IMG/VR virus record: IMGVR_UViG_3300037501_000111
Span: 52,583-116,582 of that record
From: a virus
DNA length: 64,000 bases
Strand: one strand, 5' to 3'
In this document: piece by piece, positions 20,729-29,701 of the stretch
Layout of the letters: each line of letters begins with the position of its first letter
How positions within the stretch are numbered: position 1 is the first letter of the stretch
Notes under the pieces: model-generated
The model's input: only the letters and a program-made list of their open reading frames with translations
Database searches by the model: none
What the model was told of the DNA's origin: nothing
Program-made: the position numbers and the translations under genes

Positions 20729-21019
20729 GTGAGTAATACAATGGTTAACGCGAATGAAACAAATGAGGTGATTTTTCGTGGGGTCACCTCAGTAATAGAA
20801 CAATCTGGAGGCATTTGGAAAGGAACGATGACAAATTTGACTACTGCTTTGAACCGTGTTCTTAGTCAACGTCAGAGGACTCTTCTTCCTGGTTCACCAG
20901 GCGCCCTCAGAGTGGTGATTAACAGAATAGCTAATAGGCTACGTAATAGAGGTATTGGAGTAAGATTTGGCCGTACCACTGACCACACCCGCACTCGCTA
21001 CGTACGATTTACACACTAA
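20729..21019 (+). CDS. Small basic hypothetical protein, possibly winged-helix DNA-binding
   Basis: GTG start with AGGA SD; Arg-rich. Confidence 0.6.
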   Translation: MSNTMVNANETNEVIFRGVTSVIEQSGGIWKGTMTNLTTALNRVLSQRQRTLLPGSPGALRVVINRIANRLRNRGIGVRFGRTTDHTRTRYVRFTH

Positions 21020-21103
21020 TGTGATAGAAAATACGATCGATTGTTTTTGTTAAGTAGATAAACGTACTATAAGTACAAAATAGAATAACATTTGGAGATC
21101 AAA

Positions 21104-21823
21104 ATGAGTACATTCGGTGAAGTATCTTGGAATGATGATGTGTTCCCAGGCGATAACAAGAAGCAAACAAACAGCAAAGACCTCTTTCTTCGTTTAGATG
21201 AGGGCCCGAACGAAATCCGTATTCTGACCCAACCATACCAGTACTTGGTTCATAAGTACAAGAAAGAAGGTGACAACGGTTTCGGACAGAAAGTTCAGTG
21301 TTCTGCAATTCATGGAAGCTGCCCTCTCTGTGCGGATGGCGACAAGGCTAAGCCGCGTTGGTTACTAGGAGTTATTAGTCGTAAGACTGGTACCTACAAG
21401 ATTTTGGACATCTCTTTTGCTGTGTTTTCACAGATTAGAAAATATAACAAAAATCCAAGATTTGGTGATCCAACTAAGTATGACATCAACATTGAAGTTG
21501 ATAAGAACGGCGGTGCCACTGGATACTACAGTGTTCAAGCCTTGCCAAAGGAACCACTATCAGCCGCTGACCAAGTAATTAAGGACAGCATTGACTTTGA
21601 TGACCTGAAGCGCAGAGTCACTCCACCTACTCCTGAAAAAGTTCAGGCTAGATTGGACAAAATCAATGGTGTAACGACCAGCGGTGCACCTGCAACTTCT
21701 GCTCCGGCTCCTGCCGCTGTAAAGAAGAGCACCAAGGCTGCCGCTCCAGCCGTCAGCATGACTGATGATGAAGAACTAGACAAAACTTTCCCTGACTATG
21801 AAGGTGAAGACGCCCAGTCCTAA
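21104..21823 (+). CDS. Single-stranded DNA-binding protein (gp32-like)
   Basis: FLRL..G.N.IRIL, C....CPLC zinc site, DP..YDI.I, Ala/Pro linker and acidic tail; SD GGAG. Confidence 0.75.
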   Translation: MSTFGEVSWNDDVFPGDNKKQTNSKDLFLRLDEGPNEIRILTQPYQYLVHKYKKEGDNGFGQKVQCSAIHGSCPLCADGDKAKPRWLLGVISRKTGTYKILDISFAVFSQIRKYNKNPRFGDPTKYDINIEVDKNGGATGYYSVQALPKEPLSAADQVIKDSIDFDDLKRRVTPPTPEKVQARLDKINGVTTSGAPATSAPAPAAVKKSTKAAAPAVSMTDDEELDKTFPDYEGEDAQS

Positions 21824-21845
21824 ATCTATCACTCCCTAGATAGTT

Positions 21846-21889
21846 GAAAGACCCATAACCAATTTGGTTATGGGTCTTTCTGTTTTATT
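21846..21889 (+). terminator. Rho-independent terminator after the SSB gene
   Basis: Perfect 16-bp stem GAAAGACCCATAACCA / TGGTTATGGGTCTTTC followed by TGTTTTATT. Confidence 0.85.
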
Positions 21890-21905
21890 GGATATATTAC
21901 CAAGT

Positions 21906-22478
21906 ATGGCTAAAACTATACTTGGCTTTGACGCCTCTTCTACTACTATTGGTTATTCTATATTAAGTTGGGATGAAACAACAAATAATATTTCTTTTGT
22001 AAAAGCTGGATATATCAAGCCCAAAAAGAAAGGTTCTATTATCGAAAGGATAGTAGATACCAGAAATCAAGTTCAAAGGGTCATCGTAGCTGCTCAGCCA
22101 GATTATATCTCTATTGAAGAGATAATTCAGTTTATGAAAGGTAAGAGTACTGCTAAGACTATTATCATGTTAACTACTTTTAATAGGATGATTTGTCTAA
22201 CTGCTTATGATTATCTTGGTAAGGAACCTACTCTTTATAGTGTTATGACAATTCGTCATGGGCTAAAGACGGGTAAAGATTTACCAAAAAAAGAAGAAAT
22301 GCCGGCCCTTGTCGCCCAACATTTAGGAATTACGTTTCCCTATGAGTATAATAAGAAGGGCAGTATTAAGGTCGAAAGCTACGATAAAGCTGACGGCATT
22401 GCAGTTGGCCTGTATCATACGCTTGCTTTAGCGGGCAAGGTAAAGACTAAAGGAAAGCCTAAGGGTAAGAAAAAATGA
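21906..22478 (+). CDS. ruvC: RuvC-like Holliday junction resolvase
   Basis: ILGFDASSTTIGY, ISIEE and DKADGIAVG acidic catalytic motifs. Confidence 0.85.
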   Translation: MAKTILGFDASSTTIGYSILSWDETTNNISFVKAGYIKPKKKGSIIERIVDTRNQVQRVIVAAQPDYISIEEIIQFMKGKSTAKTIIMLTTFNRMICLTAYDYLGKEPTLYSVMTIRHGLKTGKDLPKKEEMPALVAQHLGITFPYEYNKKGSIKVESYDKADGIAVGLYHTLALAGKVKTKGKPKGKKK

Positions 22479-23398
22479 AGCGTGCAGAAGCCTATTCAAT
22501 CCTAGAAATATCAGAAGCCTCTTCGGTGGAGGACGCCAAAAAAGCGTTTCGTCAACTTTCTAAAAAGTATCACCCAGATAATAAAGATACCGGCTCTGAA
22601 GAAAAATTTAAGAAGATTAATGAAGCTTATCAGTCTATTTCCAATAATAAGTTCGATGATACTCCACAACGCCAAAATGGTTTTGGTGGGTTTCATCGCC
22701 AACAAGTTGTTCATTTAGAGAATGTAGAAACAAATATTACTATTTCTTTTAAGGAGTCTGTTTTGGGCTGCAAGAAAGAACTTCAGTTTGATCGTCAAAC
22801 CAAATGTCGTAACTGTAATGGACAGGGAGAAGTTAGGATAAACAACGGCTGTAAGAAGTGCGGTGGTCGTGGACAAGTAACTAGTCGACAGGGTAATATG
22901 ATTGTTATGTCGACCTGTGATGAGTGCTATGGCCGCTCTAATGTAGAAGGATGTAATATTTGTAGTGGTTATGGTACCGTTCAGGCACGCGCATCTGTAC
23001 ACGTGACTGTGCCTGCGGGCACTACTAATGGTAGTACATTACGATTACCTGGTATGGGGAATTTTGCAGGCTCTTTTATGGGGTTGGCAGATCAGCATAC
23101 TGATGTATTTTTGCATGTTACTGTCACTCCAGACAGTGATTTAACGTTAAATGGTCAACATGTAATAAGTTATCTCACTATTTCGTTATTAGATGCTTTA
23201 CAAGGATGCAGTCGTAAAGTAAAAACTATTCATGGAGAAAAAGAAATACAAGTTAAACCACAGTCCCGTAATCGTGATGAGGTAATTATACCCCATCATG
23301 GAGTAGCTAACGCAGGTGATCAAAAGGTCATTTTAGATGTTGAATATCCAAAGAACACTGATAAATTGATTGGCGTTCTTCTAGATGAGGTAATATAA
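22475..23398 (+). CDS. dnaJ: DnaJ-like co-chaperone
   Basis: J domain with HPD and FKKINEAY; four CxxCxGxG-like repeats; C-terminal domain. Confidence 0.92.
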   Translation: MKRAEAYSILEISEASSVEDAKKAFRQLSKKYHPDNKDTGSEEKFKKINEAYQSISNNKFDDTPQRQNGFGGFHRQQVVHLENVETNITISFKESVLGCKKELQFDRQTKCRNCNGQGEVRINNGCKKCGGRGQVTSRQGNMIVMSTCDECYGRSNVEGCNICSGYGTVQARASVHVTVPAGTTNGSTLRLPGMGNFAGSFMGLADQHTDVFLHVTVTPDSDLTLNGQHVISYLTISLLDALQGCSRKVKTIHGEKEIQVKPQSRNRDEVIIPHHGVANAGDQKVILDVEYPKNTDKLIGVLLDEVI

Positions 23399-23745
23399 TG
23401 CCATTCGCAATGTTTTGTCAACACAAGGGATGTAAAGGAACCGTGGATCAAATGGAGCCATATTTGGATCCTAAAACAGATAAGGTGTATTGCAATACGT
23501 GCGATCAAGAGCTACCAAATATTACGCACTTTGTCAAAGTTCAAATGAAAACTTTGAAACAATTTAGACAAAAACAAGCTATTGCATTCGGAGTTAAGTG
23601 TCAAAAATGTGAAAAAGAGGCGCAGCCAAAGGTGGTCAATGACGATATAGTGTGCCCAGGATGTGCTCAGCCTCATGACCATTTAAGTGATACTTTCAAA
23701 AGAATGTTGAAAGATAAGCTCCGTACTGCCAATAAAGAGTTGTAA
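23398..23745 (+). CDS. Double zinc-ribbon protein
   Basis: C.HKGC...CNTC and CQKC...CPGC. Confidence 0.7.
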   Translation: MPFAMFCQHKGCKGTVDQMEPYLDPKTDKVYCNTCDQELPNITHFVKVQMKTLKQFRQKQAIAFGVKCQKCEKEAQPKVVNDDIVCPGCAQPHDHLSDTFKRMLKDKLRTANKEL

Positions 23746-24510
23746 ATGCTAGAAAAGATAGTTGAATCATGTCGGTTTCTGTTGAATAACTATCCGGATG
23801 CTCGACCAAGTAAGTCCTATCTCGATTTGCGTTTAAACGATAAAAGTCAGGAAATTTTCCAGTTTGGTTATTTCCCAGGCGTACAGAATATCTCTGTGTT
23901 GGCTGACTTAGTAGGGGAAGAAACTCTTACAAATGAAAAACTTCTCTTTACTAAAGAAATAGAAGATTCACTCTTCCCTCGCAAGGTACAGTCTTGTTAT
24001 TTTGAAGATTATCCGCTAGTTATGCCATTTCGAGATCAGTATGGCAAAGTAGCTGGAATAGTAGGGCGCACTATTCTATCAGATAAAGAGCAAAAAGAAA
24101 AAGGAATATCTAAATACAAAAATACTAAGTTTGAGAAGGGCAATTTACTTTTTGGACTTTATGAGAATAAGCGTCATATTTTAGAGCGGAATTGTGTTTA
24201 CATCGTAGAAGGTCAAATAGATGTAATTAAGGCGTCTGAGATAGGATTTAGAAATATTGTTGCTTTAGGTAATTCTAATATGACTTCCTATCAATTTTCA
24301 GTCATTAACAGATACTCCAATAACATATTTTTGCTATTGGATAATGATGAAGCTGGCCAAAAGGGGAGGAAACGAATAGTTAATAAGTTTGGGCAGTTTG
24401 CCAACATTCATAATTTATACTTACCAGACGACTACAAAGATATAGATGAATACATCACTAAGGGAGGAATTAGTGATTACGGAGAGCTATCTTTTGGCGT
24501 CAAAGATTGA
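23746..24510 (+). CDS. dnaG: DnaG-type primase catalytic core (TOPRIM) lacking the zinc-binding domain
   Basis: F.FGYFP, MPFRD..G.V.GIVGR, KYKNT, IVEGQIDV, LLDNDEAGQ, KDIDEY. Confidence 0.88.
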   Translation: MLEKIVESCRFLLNNYPDARPSKSYLDLRLNDKSQEIFQFGYFPGVQNISVLADLVGEETLTNEKLLFTKEIEDSLFPRKVQSCYFEDYPLVMPFRDQYGKVAGIVGRTILSDKEQKEKGISKYKNTKFEKGNLLFGLYENKRHILERNCVYIVEGQIDVIKASEIGFRNIVALGNSNMTSYQFSVINRYSNNIFLLLDNDEAGQKGRKRIVNKFGQFANIHNLYLPDDYKDIDEYITKGGISDYGELSFGVKD

Positions 24511-24586
24511 AATTTCTTAGGAAATTTTCATCTTTCCTCTATTGATATATTGTGATTGTGTCTTTTACTATATCTAGGGGTCAAAG

Positions 24587-25027
24587 ATGGAACGTAGAAA
24601 GAATCGTAGCGACAAATACCAGTGGGTTTTATTAGAAACAGTTTGCTCAAATGACATGATGGAAGCATTTTGTAATGAGGATAGTATCTCTGCAAGGTTG
24701 AATCCATTTGAGTACAACGAAGATTTAATTGAGTTGGAAGAGCAGCTCAAGAAAGAGTTTTGGAGAGTCGTAGATACGCTACTGACCCCAAGACAAAGAG
24801 AAGTAATTAGACTTTATGCAGATGGCTATACTCAAATGGAGATAGCTAAGATGCTAAATGTGAACCAAAGTTCAATAACGAAGTCGCTTAACGGGAACGT
24901 AGATTATAAGAATGGAAAGAAAATATACGGCGGTGCTCGCAAAAAGATTAGAAAGATAATCGAAAACGACGATAAGATAAAAGACATCTTACAGAAGATG
25001 GCGGAGTGTCGTGACGAAAAATGGTAA
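24587..25027 (+). CDS. Sigma-70 region 4-like HTH protein (putative phage sigma factor or transcription regulator)
   Basis: LTPRQREVIRLYADGYTQMEIAKMLNVNQSSI. Confidence 0.75.
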   Translation: MERRKNRSDKYQWVLLETVCSNDMMEAFCNEDSISARLNPFEYNEDLIELEEQLKKEFWRVVDTLLTPRQREVIRLYADGYTQMEIAKMLNVNQSSITKSLNGNVDYKNGKKIYGGARKKIRKIIENDDKIKDILQKMAECRDEKW

Positions 25028-25202
25028 CCATGGAAAATTTACAGGCAAAACCTGAAAAATCATTGATAGAAAGAGGGTTTGGCTTGATAAATAGGGTAAT
25101 ATTCTGAAATCTACGTAGTAGGTATACCACTAATAAAGTGCAGAATTAGTATCAATATTACTCTATTTAAGGTAGAGTACGTTCTGTTCAATGGGAGACA
25201 CG

Positions 25203-25664
25203 ATGCCAAAATATTCGTTAGATTACTCAAAGTTGGCCAATCAGATTACAAAGAAGGCTTATCGTCTTTCTGATGTGAAAGATCAGCTAGAGACTGTGGC
25301 TTTTGATGTGGTTAGATTTAAGGATGGCGATAAGGGTGCTGACCTCTGGCAAATCCAGAGCGCAGATGATGGTGATTACATTGTGGCTCTTTATGATGAT
25401 GAAGTCGAAAAGACCGCTTCTACCAATCCTTGGGGCGTTTACGTTTCTAAGAATGGACATGATGTGCAAATTTCTTACAAGGGCGATCCTCTTGTAAGAT
25501 TTGCTGCATCTAAACTGGGAATTCCAAGCTCTGAGTTACATAAGGCTGAACAGTACCTACCAGAGAAGCTTGCCACCAACAAGAAGCTCGTCAAAGCTCT
25601 TTTGAGTGAGCTAAGTGAGACGGCTAGACTAGAGGTATCCAAGAGATACCCAGAACTGGTATAA
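25203..25664 (+). CDS. Hypothetical protein, first of the putative late module
   Basis: SD GGGAG; carries KKAY and KTAS motifs. Confidence 0.7.
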   Translation: MPKYSLDYSKLANQITKKAYRLSDVKDQLETVAFDVVRFKDGDKGADLWQIQSADDGDYIVALYDDEVEKTASTNPWGVYVSKNGHDVQISYKGDPLVRFAASKLGIPSSELHKAEQYLPEKLATNKKLVKALLSELSETARLEVSKRYPELV

Positions 25665-25679
25665 TAGAATAGGTGTTCA

Positions 25680-27278
25680 ATGAGCCTTGGTAAAATACAT
25701 CAACTAGTAGGTACCTTAGCAAAAGCGGTAGATGGCAATCAAAAAATTGCCACTCCAATTTTGGCTGCCAAATTGGCAAGATACGTTGAAGCTTATCCTC
25801 AAGATAAAACTATCGGCGCTATGTCCCGAGTTATTAGCAAGATGGCTAGCAACAATACAAATTTTATTCGTAAAGCTGAGCTAAATTCTCTTTACGGGAA
25901 ATTGTATCAGCACGGCACTAAGTTTGCCGAGTTATTTACAGATGAGCTTGGAGAAACGGCCGAGCCAGAAATTACTACTTATCAGCGTGATGAAGCTGTA
26001 AAACCTGTTGATTATCGTGCTGGTGATCAGGTTTTGGCTAATGCTTTAGAGAGTGTTTTTGACAAGCATGCTCCGCTCAAAATGTACTCACAGCCAATTG
26101 CTGAAAAAGCAATGAAGTCGGTTGGCACTACTTTAGATGCTTGGAATTTGAAGCCATCTCGCCTTGCAATTAGTGATGGTAATGATAAATTCATTGTAAT
26201 CAAAGCAGATTATGAGACTCCAAAAGGTGTTACTTCATTCTATGTTCCAGTAGAAGTTAATAAAAATGATGTTATTGAGCCGGAAGTTTTTATGGGTAAT
26301 ACTGGCCCAGAAGATTTGAATCACACCACAATTAAAGCTTATATTACTCAACAAGCAGGTTCTAAGACTAAAGTTGGTGCTACCGATATTCTAACTGCGT
26401 TAACTCATGCGGCTAGTGGCAAACGTGAAATTTCTGCTGCTGAATTAGCCGTTATTCGCATGAATGCTGAGCGTGCTGGTCAATCTGAATTTTTCCAAGG
26501 ACAAGTTGTTGGGCTAAAAGTTGAAGCCGCTCCAAAAAAAGATGTTTCTCTTCCTAAGTCTGATGAGTTTATGTCATTTGAAGACAAATTTACTACTCCG
26601 CAAGGGCTTGCATCTTGGAGATTTGGTGTAGAAAAAGTAAGCGCTGCTAGGGCTCATGTTTCTCGCGAACTACAGTCTATGGGATTTACTAATCACCAAG
26701 TGGTAATTGCTGGTAATGATGAAAGTACTATTCATGTTGGCGTTTCTCTAGAAACTGGCAAAGTTGCTTTTATGGTGCCTGTTAAGGTTGCAAATGACAA
26801 GTTACAGAAACCAACAGTTATGTTATGCAATGGCTCTCTTGCCTCTTTTGATAAGAAAGGCATTAACAATTTAGTTTCAGAAAACAAGACTGATTCTAAA
26901 ATGGCTGCAGTTGCATCTAATATGTCTACTCTAAAGCCAAGTGAAATTGTCAATAATTTGCGTCAGGCGCTAGCAGAAGAAAATTACGCTAAGGCAGAAG
27001 ATGCGCTTAACGTTCTTAAGAATGCAGGTGATGAGAAAGCATATGCTTTAGCATTCAATCTTTATATGACTGGTTTGTCTGGTGTTAAAACTGCTGAGAC
27101 ACAATGTTCTAAGATGATTAAGAGCGCGAATAGTGAGCACCCAATTTGTTCTCACACTGGTCTACCAGTTAATAAAGTATACCAAGATAAGAATGGATAC
27201 TGTCGCCCACTATATCGTAAAGGTATGGATGAGACTTATGAAGGAGCTTCCTTTATTAACGCCAAGATTTTTGGGTGA
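25680..27278 (+). CDS. Hypothetical protein with an internally duplicated beta-rich domain
   Basis: ETPKGVTSFYVPVEV..P.VF resembles ETGKVAFMVPVKV..P.VM; Cys cluster at the C-terminus. Confidence 0.75.
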   Translation: MSLGKIHQLVGTLAKAVDGNQKIATPILAAKLARYVEAYPQDKTIGAMSRVISKMASNNTNFIRKAELNSLYGKLYQHGTKFAELFTDELGETAEPEITTYQRDEAVKPVDYRAGDQVLANALESVFDKHAPLKMYSQPIAEKAMKSVGTTLDAWNLKPSRLAISDGNDKFIVIKADYETPKGVTSFYVPVEVNKNDVIEPEVFMGNTGPEDLNHTTIKAYITQQAGSKTKVGATDILTALTHAASGKREISAAELAVIRMNAERAGQSEFFQGQVVGLKVEAAPKKDVSLPKSDEFMSFEDKFTTPQGLASWRFGVEKVSAARAHVSRELQSMGFTNHQVVIAGNDESTIHVGVSLETGKVAFMVPVKVANDKLQKPTVMLCNGSLASFDKKGINNLVSENKTDSKMAAVASNMSTLKPSEIVNNLRQALAEENYAKAEDALNVLKNAGDEKAYALAFNLYMTGLSGVKTAETQCSKMIKSANSEHPICSHTGLPVNKVYQDKNGYCRPLYRKGMDETYEGASFINAKIFG

Positions 27279-27281
27279 GCA

Positions 27282-28112
27282 ATGAGAATATTTAGGTTGG
27301 CAGACCTCGTAGCGCATAAGTATGAGCTGGTGTCTGAGGGAGCCGCCTCATTGCAGACCGTCTTGCGTGATGTCGAGTCAAAAATAAAGGATGCCTTCAG
27401 AAACTATATTGACCTTAAGACGGTTACGTCTAAGGCGTATAATGCTATTCCAGTAATGGCTCATCATGGCGAACCGCACTGTCAAAAGATAGTGGGTCAC
27501 ATGCAGATTATTACTGCAAATATCAAAGAACTCATTGCGCATCCTACTCGCTTATTCAAAGCGCTTAACAAAGTTTTGGCACTTATTTCTTCTCTAGATG
27601 AAGCAATTAAGAATACTAAAAAGAAGTCGCCTGAACATTTACCAACCCAACAAGTTCTTAATGCTACATTAAGTGATTTAAGTAGGTTAGAAAATTCATT
27701 GAAACGTTTTTCCTCACTAATAGTTAGTGCTGCTAAATTATTACAACCATTTGTTCCGCCCGATGAAGAGGGAAAAGGTGCAGAGCTTGAAGGAAACGTC
27801 GTTGTTCCTGAGGCTTTGCCGCTAACAAAGAATGAAAGAAGAAATTTCTTCTTAGAACATCCAAATGAGGCTGCCGCCTATGGATTTACGGGGCCGACCT
27901 TATTGGATAATCTAGATATTGTGCTTAAGATACTCGAAGAGCCTGGAATGTCTAGAGAATTCGATAAATTTGTTAGAGCTATAAAAGGTAAGGGAAATCC
28001 GGAAAATGGTAATGTGATTAGACAAATGGCTCAATCTATTTCTGAGTTAATTCAAAGACGTCAGTCAACTAATCTTCCCGCATTAGAGAGTAAACCAATT
28101 TTTGAGGAATAA
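27282..28112 (+). CDS. Hypothetical protein
   Basis: 276-aa ORF. Confidence 0.7.
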   Translation: MRIFRLADLVAHKYELVSEGAASLQTVLRDVESKIKDAFRNYIDLKTVTSKAYNAIPVMAHHGEPHCQKIVGHMQIITANIKELIAHPTRLFKALNKVLALISSLDEAIKNTKKKSPEHLPTQQVLNATLSDLSRLENSLKRFSSLIVSAAKLLQPFVPPDEEGKGAELEGNVVVPEALPLTKNERRNFFLEHPNEAAAYGFTGPTLLDNLDIVLKILEEPGMSREFDKFVRAIKGKGNPENGNVIRQMAQSISELIQRRQSTNLPALESKPIFEE

Positions 28113-28123
28113 GAGGCTATACT

Positions 28124-28837
28124 ATGAGAATTTCTGAACTATTGAATGCAATGGCTTCCTGGCTAGAAAGTCCAAATAATGAAGCTATGTTGCTTGCAGA
28201 AGCTGATGAAAAGTGCATGCATATAGTAGCAGAGTCTTGTGTTCTGGCTGCCGCATTGCTCAAGAAGGCCGCTGATGAAGTAGATGTTCTTGAGCCACCT
28301 ACTGAATCTGTTCTTACTCCAGAAGCTATTGAAGAGACTGCTGCATTAGCTACGGCTCTTGATCAGAGTGGTGACCCGCAACTTAAGAGAATGGCCTCTG
28401 TATTGGACGAGCTTCTTTTAACTATTGCTGCTCCACCAAATGCCTATGCTGAACGTAAAGATTTAGTAGATTCTAGGGCAGATGAAATCAGAAAAAAGTA
28501 CGAAGAGCCACGTAAGGAATTGCATAAGGTAAATCACCTTGGACGTTCTGAAAAGGCTATTGAAAATAGTGGATTTACCAAAGAATATAAGATTCTAGAG
28601 GCTCCCCTAAGCTCTCGTTACTGTCCAGATCATCCTGGCGCTCAAATTGCACGTGTAGGCGAACACGTATGGCAGTGTGAACTTGATAAAAAAACTTATA
28701 ATTTTGAAACTGGCTTCGAATTAATTAACGGATCTAAAGTTCCTGGTGGAGACGTATCTCAACAGACTAACGGATTAAACACTCCATTCCATGCTATTTT
28801 TGATACGCGTGAAGGTAGACTAGGTTACAACAAGTGA
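28124..28837 (+). CDS. Hypothetical protein with a C-terminal CPDH..C motif
   Basis: LSSRYCPDHPG...WQC; SD GAGG. Confidence 0.75.
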   Translation: MRISELLNAMASWLESPNNEAMLLAEADEKCMHIVAESCVLAAALLKKAADEVDVLEPPTESVLTPEAIEETAALATALDQSGDPQLKRMASVLDELLLTIAAPPNAYAERKDLVDSRADEIRKKYEEPRKELHKVNHLGRSEKAIENSGFTKEYKILEAPLSSRYCPDHPGAQIARVGEHVWQCELDKKTYNFETGFELINGSKVPGGDVSQQTNGLNTPFHAIFDTREGRLGYNK

Positions 28838-28986
28838 TAGATGAGCACATCTCAAAATTTCAAGAGGCCATAAGAGAGGTTTTGTCACAGTTAGATCCGG
28901 AGGCGGCTCAGCTTTTCTTAGACCGTTTCATGGAGAAATTGAATGAACAAAAACGCACTCAAGAAAATTCTGGAACATCCAGATAA
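28834..28986 (+). CDS. Unannotated 50-aa mini-paralog of the C-terminal helix of the next gene
   Basis: GTGA-coupled start; VIDEHISKFQEAIREVLSQLDPEAAQLFLDRFMEKL aligns with VDQHISVFHDVIRDVLSQLDLESSMLFMELFQEKM. Confidence 0.65.
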   Translation: MIDEHISKFQEAIREVLSQLDPEAAQLFLDRFMEKLNEQKRTQENSGTSR

Positions 28987-29701
28987 AGATGAAATCATCG
29001 GTAAACTAGTCTTAGATTATCCACCAAAAGAAATTCATGAATGGCTTGCTGGCAAATATACTAATGTTAGTGAAGCTAAGTTTGTTATTGCTGAAAAATC
29101 TATTAAAGTATTCAAAGATAATTATTTAGATGTCTATTCTATGATCCGTGAGGATATGATTAAGACCAAACAAGCTGTAGCTACCAGTACAGAAGAACAG
29201 TTAGAATTAGCTGTTAAGAATAATTCCACTTACAAAAGCAAAATGTTGGAATTAGCTGGTAAAGAAATAGATGTTCGTCAAATGGTGGCTCATTTGTGCA
29301 TTGCTATTGAAACACGTTTAGGTCAAGTATTTGATGAAATTCAAGAAGACCCACGTAATATCAATACTAAAATTGATCGTGTTTTGATTGAATACGGTGA
29401 ATTGTTAGGTAGTTTATTAGAAAAATATTATAAATTCACCGAGAATCCAGCAGACTTGGTCATTCAACACAACGTGACTTTGCAAGCAGTAGATCAGCAT
29501 ATTTCGGTATTTCATGATGTAATCCGAGATGTTTTGTCTCAGCTAGATTTAGAAAGCTCAATGCTATTTATGGAGCTTTTCCAAGAAAAAATGGCTAAAT
29601 TAAAAGCGCCAGCTCACGAACAACCGCTTAACACAGATATGAAACTTGCTGAAGCAAAACTTCTCAACGAAACCATTAACAAAAAGTTGAATAATCAATA
29701 A
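28943..29701 (+). CDS. Helical hypothetical protein; candidate terminase small subunit
   Basis: N-terminal HTH-like part, coiled coil and short beta segment VIQHNVTL; TerS role is inferred only. Confidence 0.5.
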   Translation: MNKNALKKILEHPDKDEIIGKLVLDYPPKEIHEWLAGKYTNVSEAKFVIAEKSIKVFKDNYLDVYSMIREDMIKTKQAVATSTEEQLELAVKNNSTYKSKMLELAGKEIDVRQMVAHLCIAIETRLGQVFDEIQEDPRNINTKIDRVLIEYGELLGSLLEKYYKFTENPADLVIQHNVTLQAVDQHISVFHDVIRDVLSQLDLESSMLFMELFQEKMAKLKAPAHEQPLNTDMKLAEAKLLNETINKKLNNQ

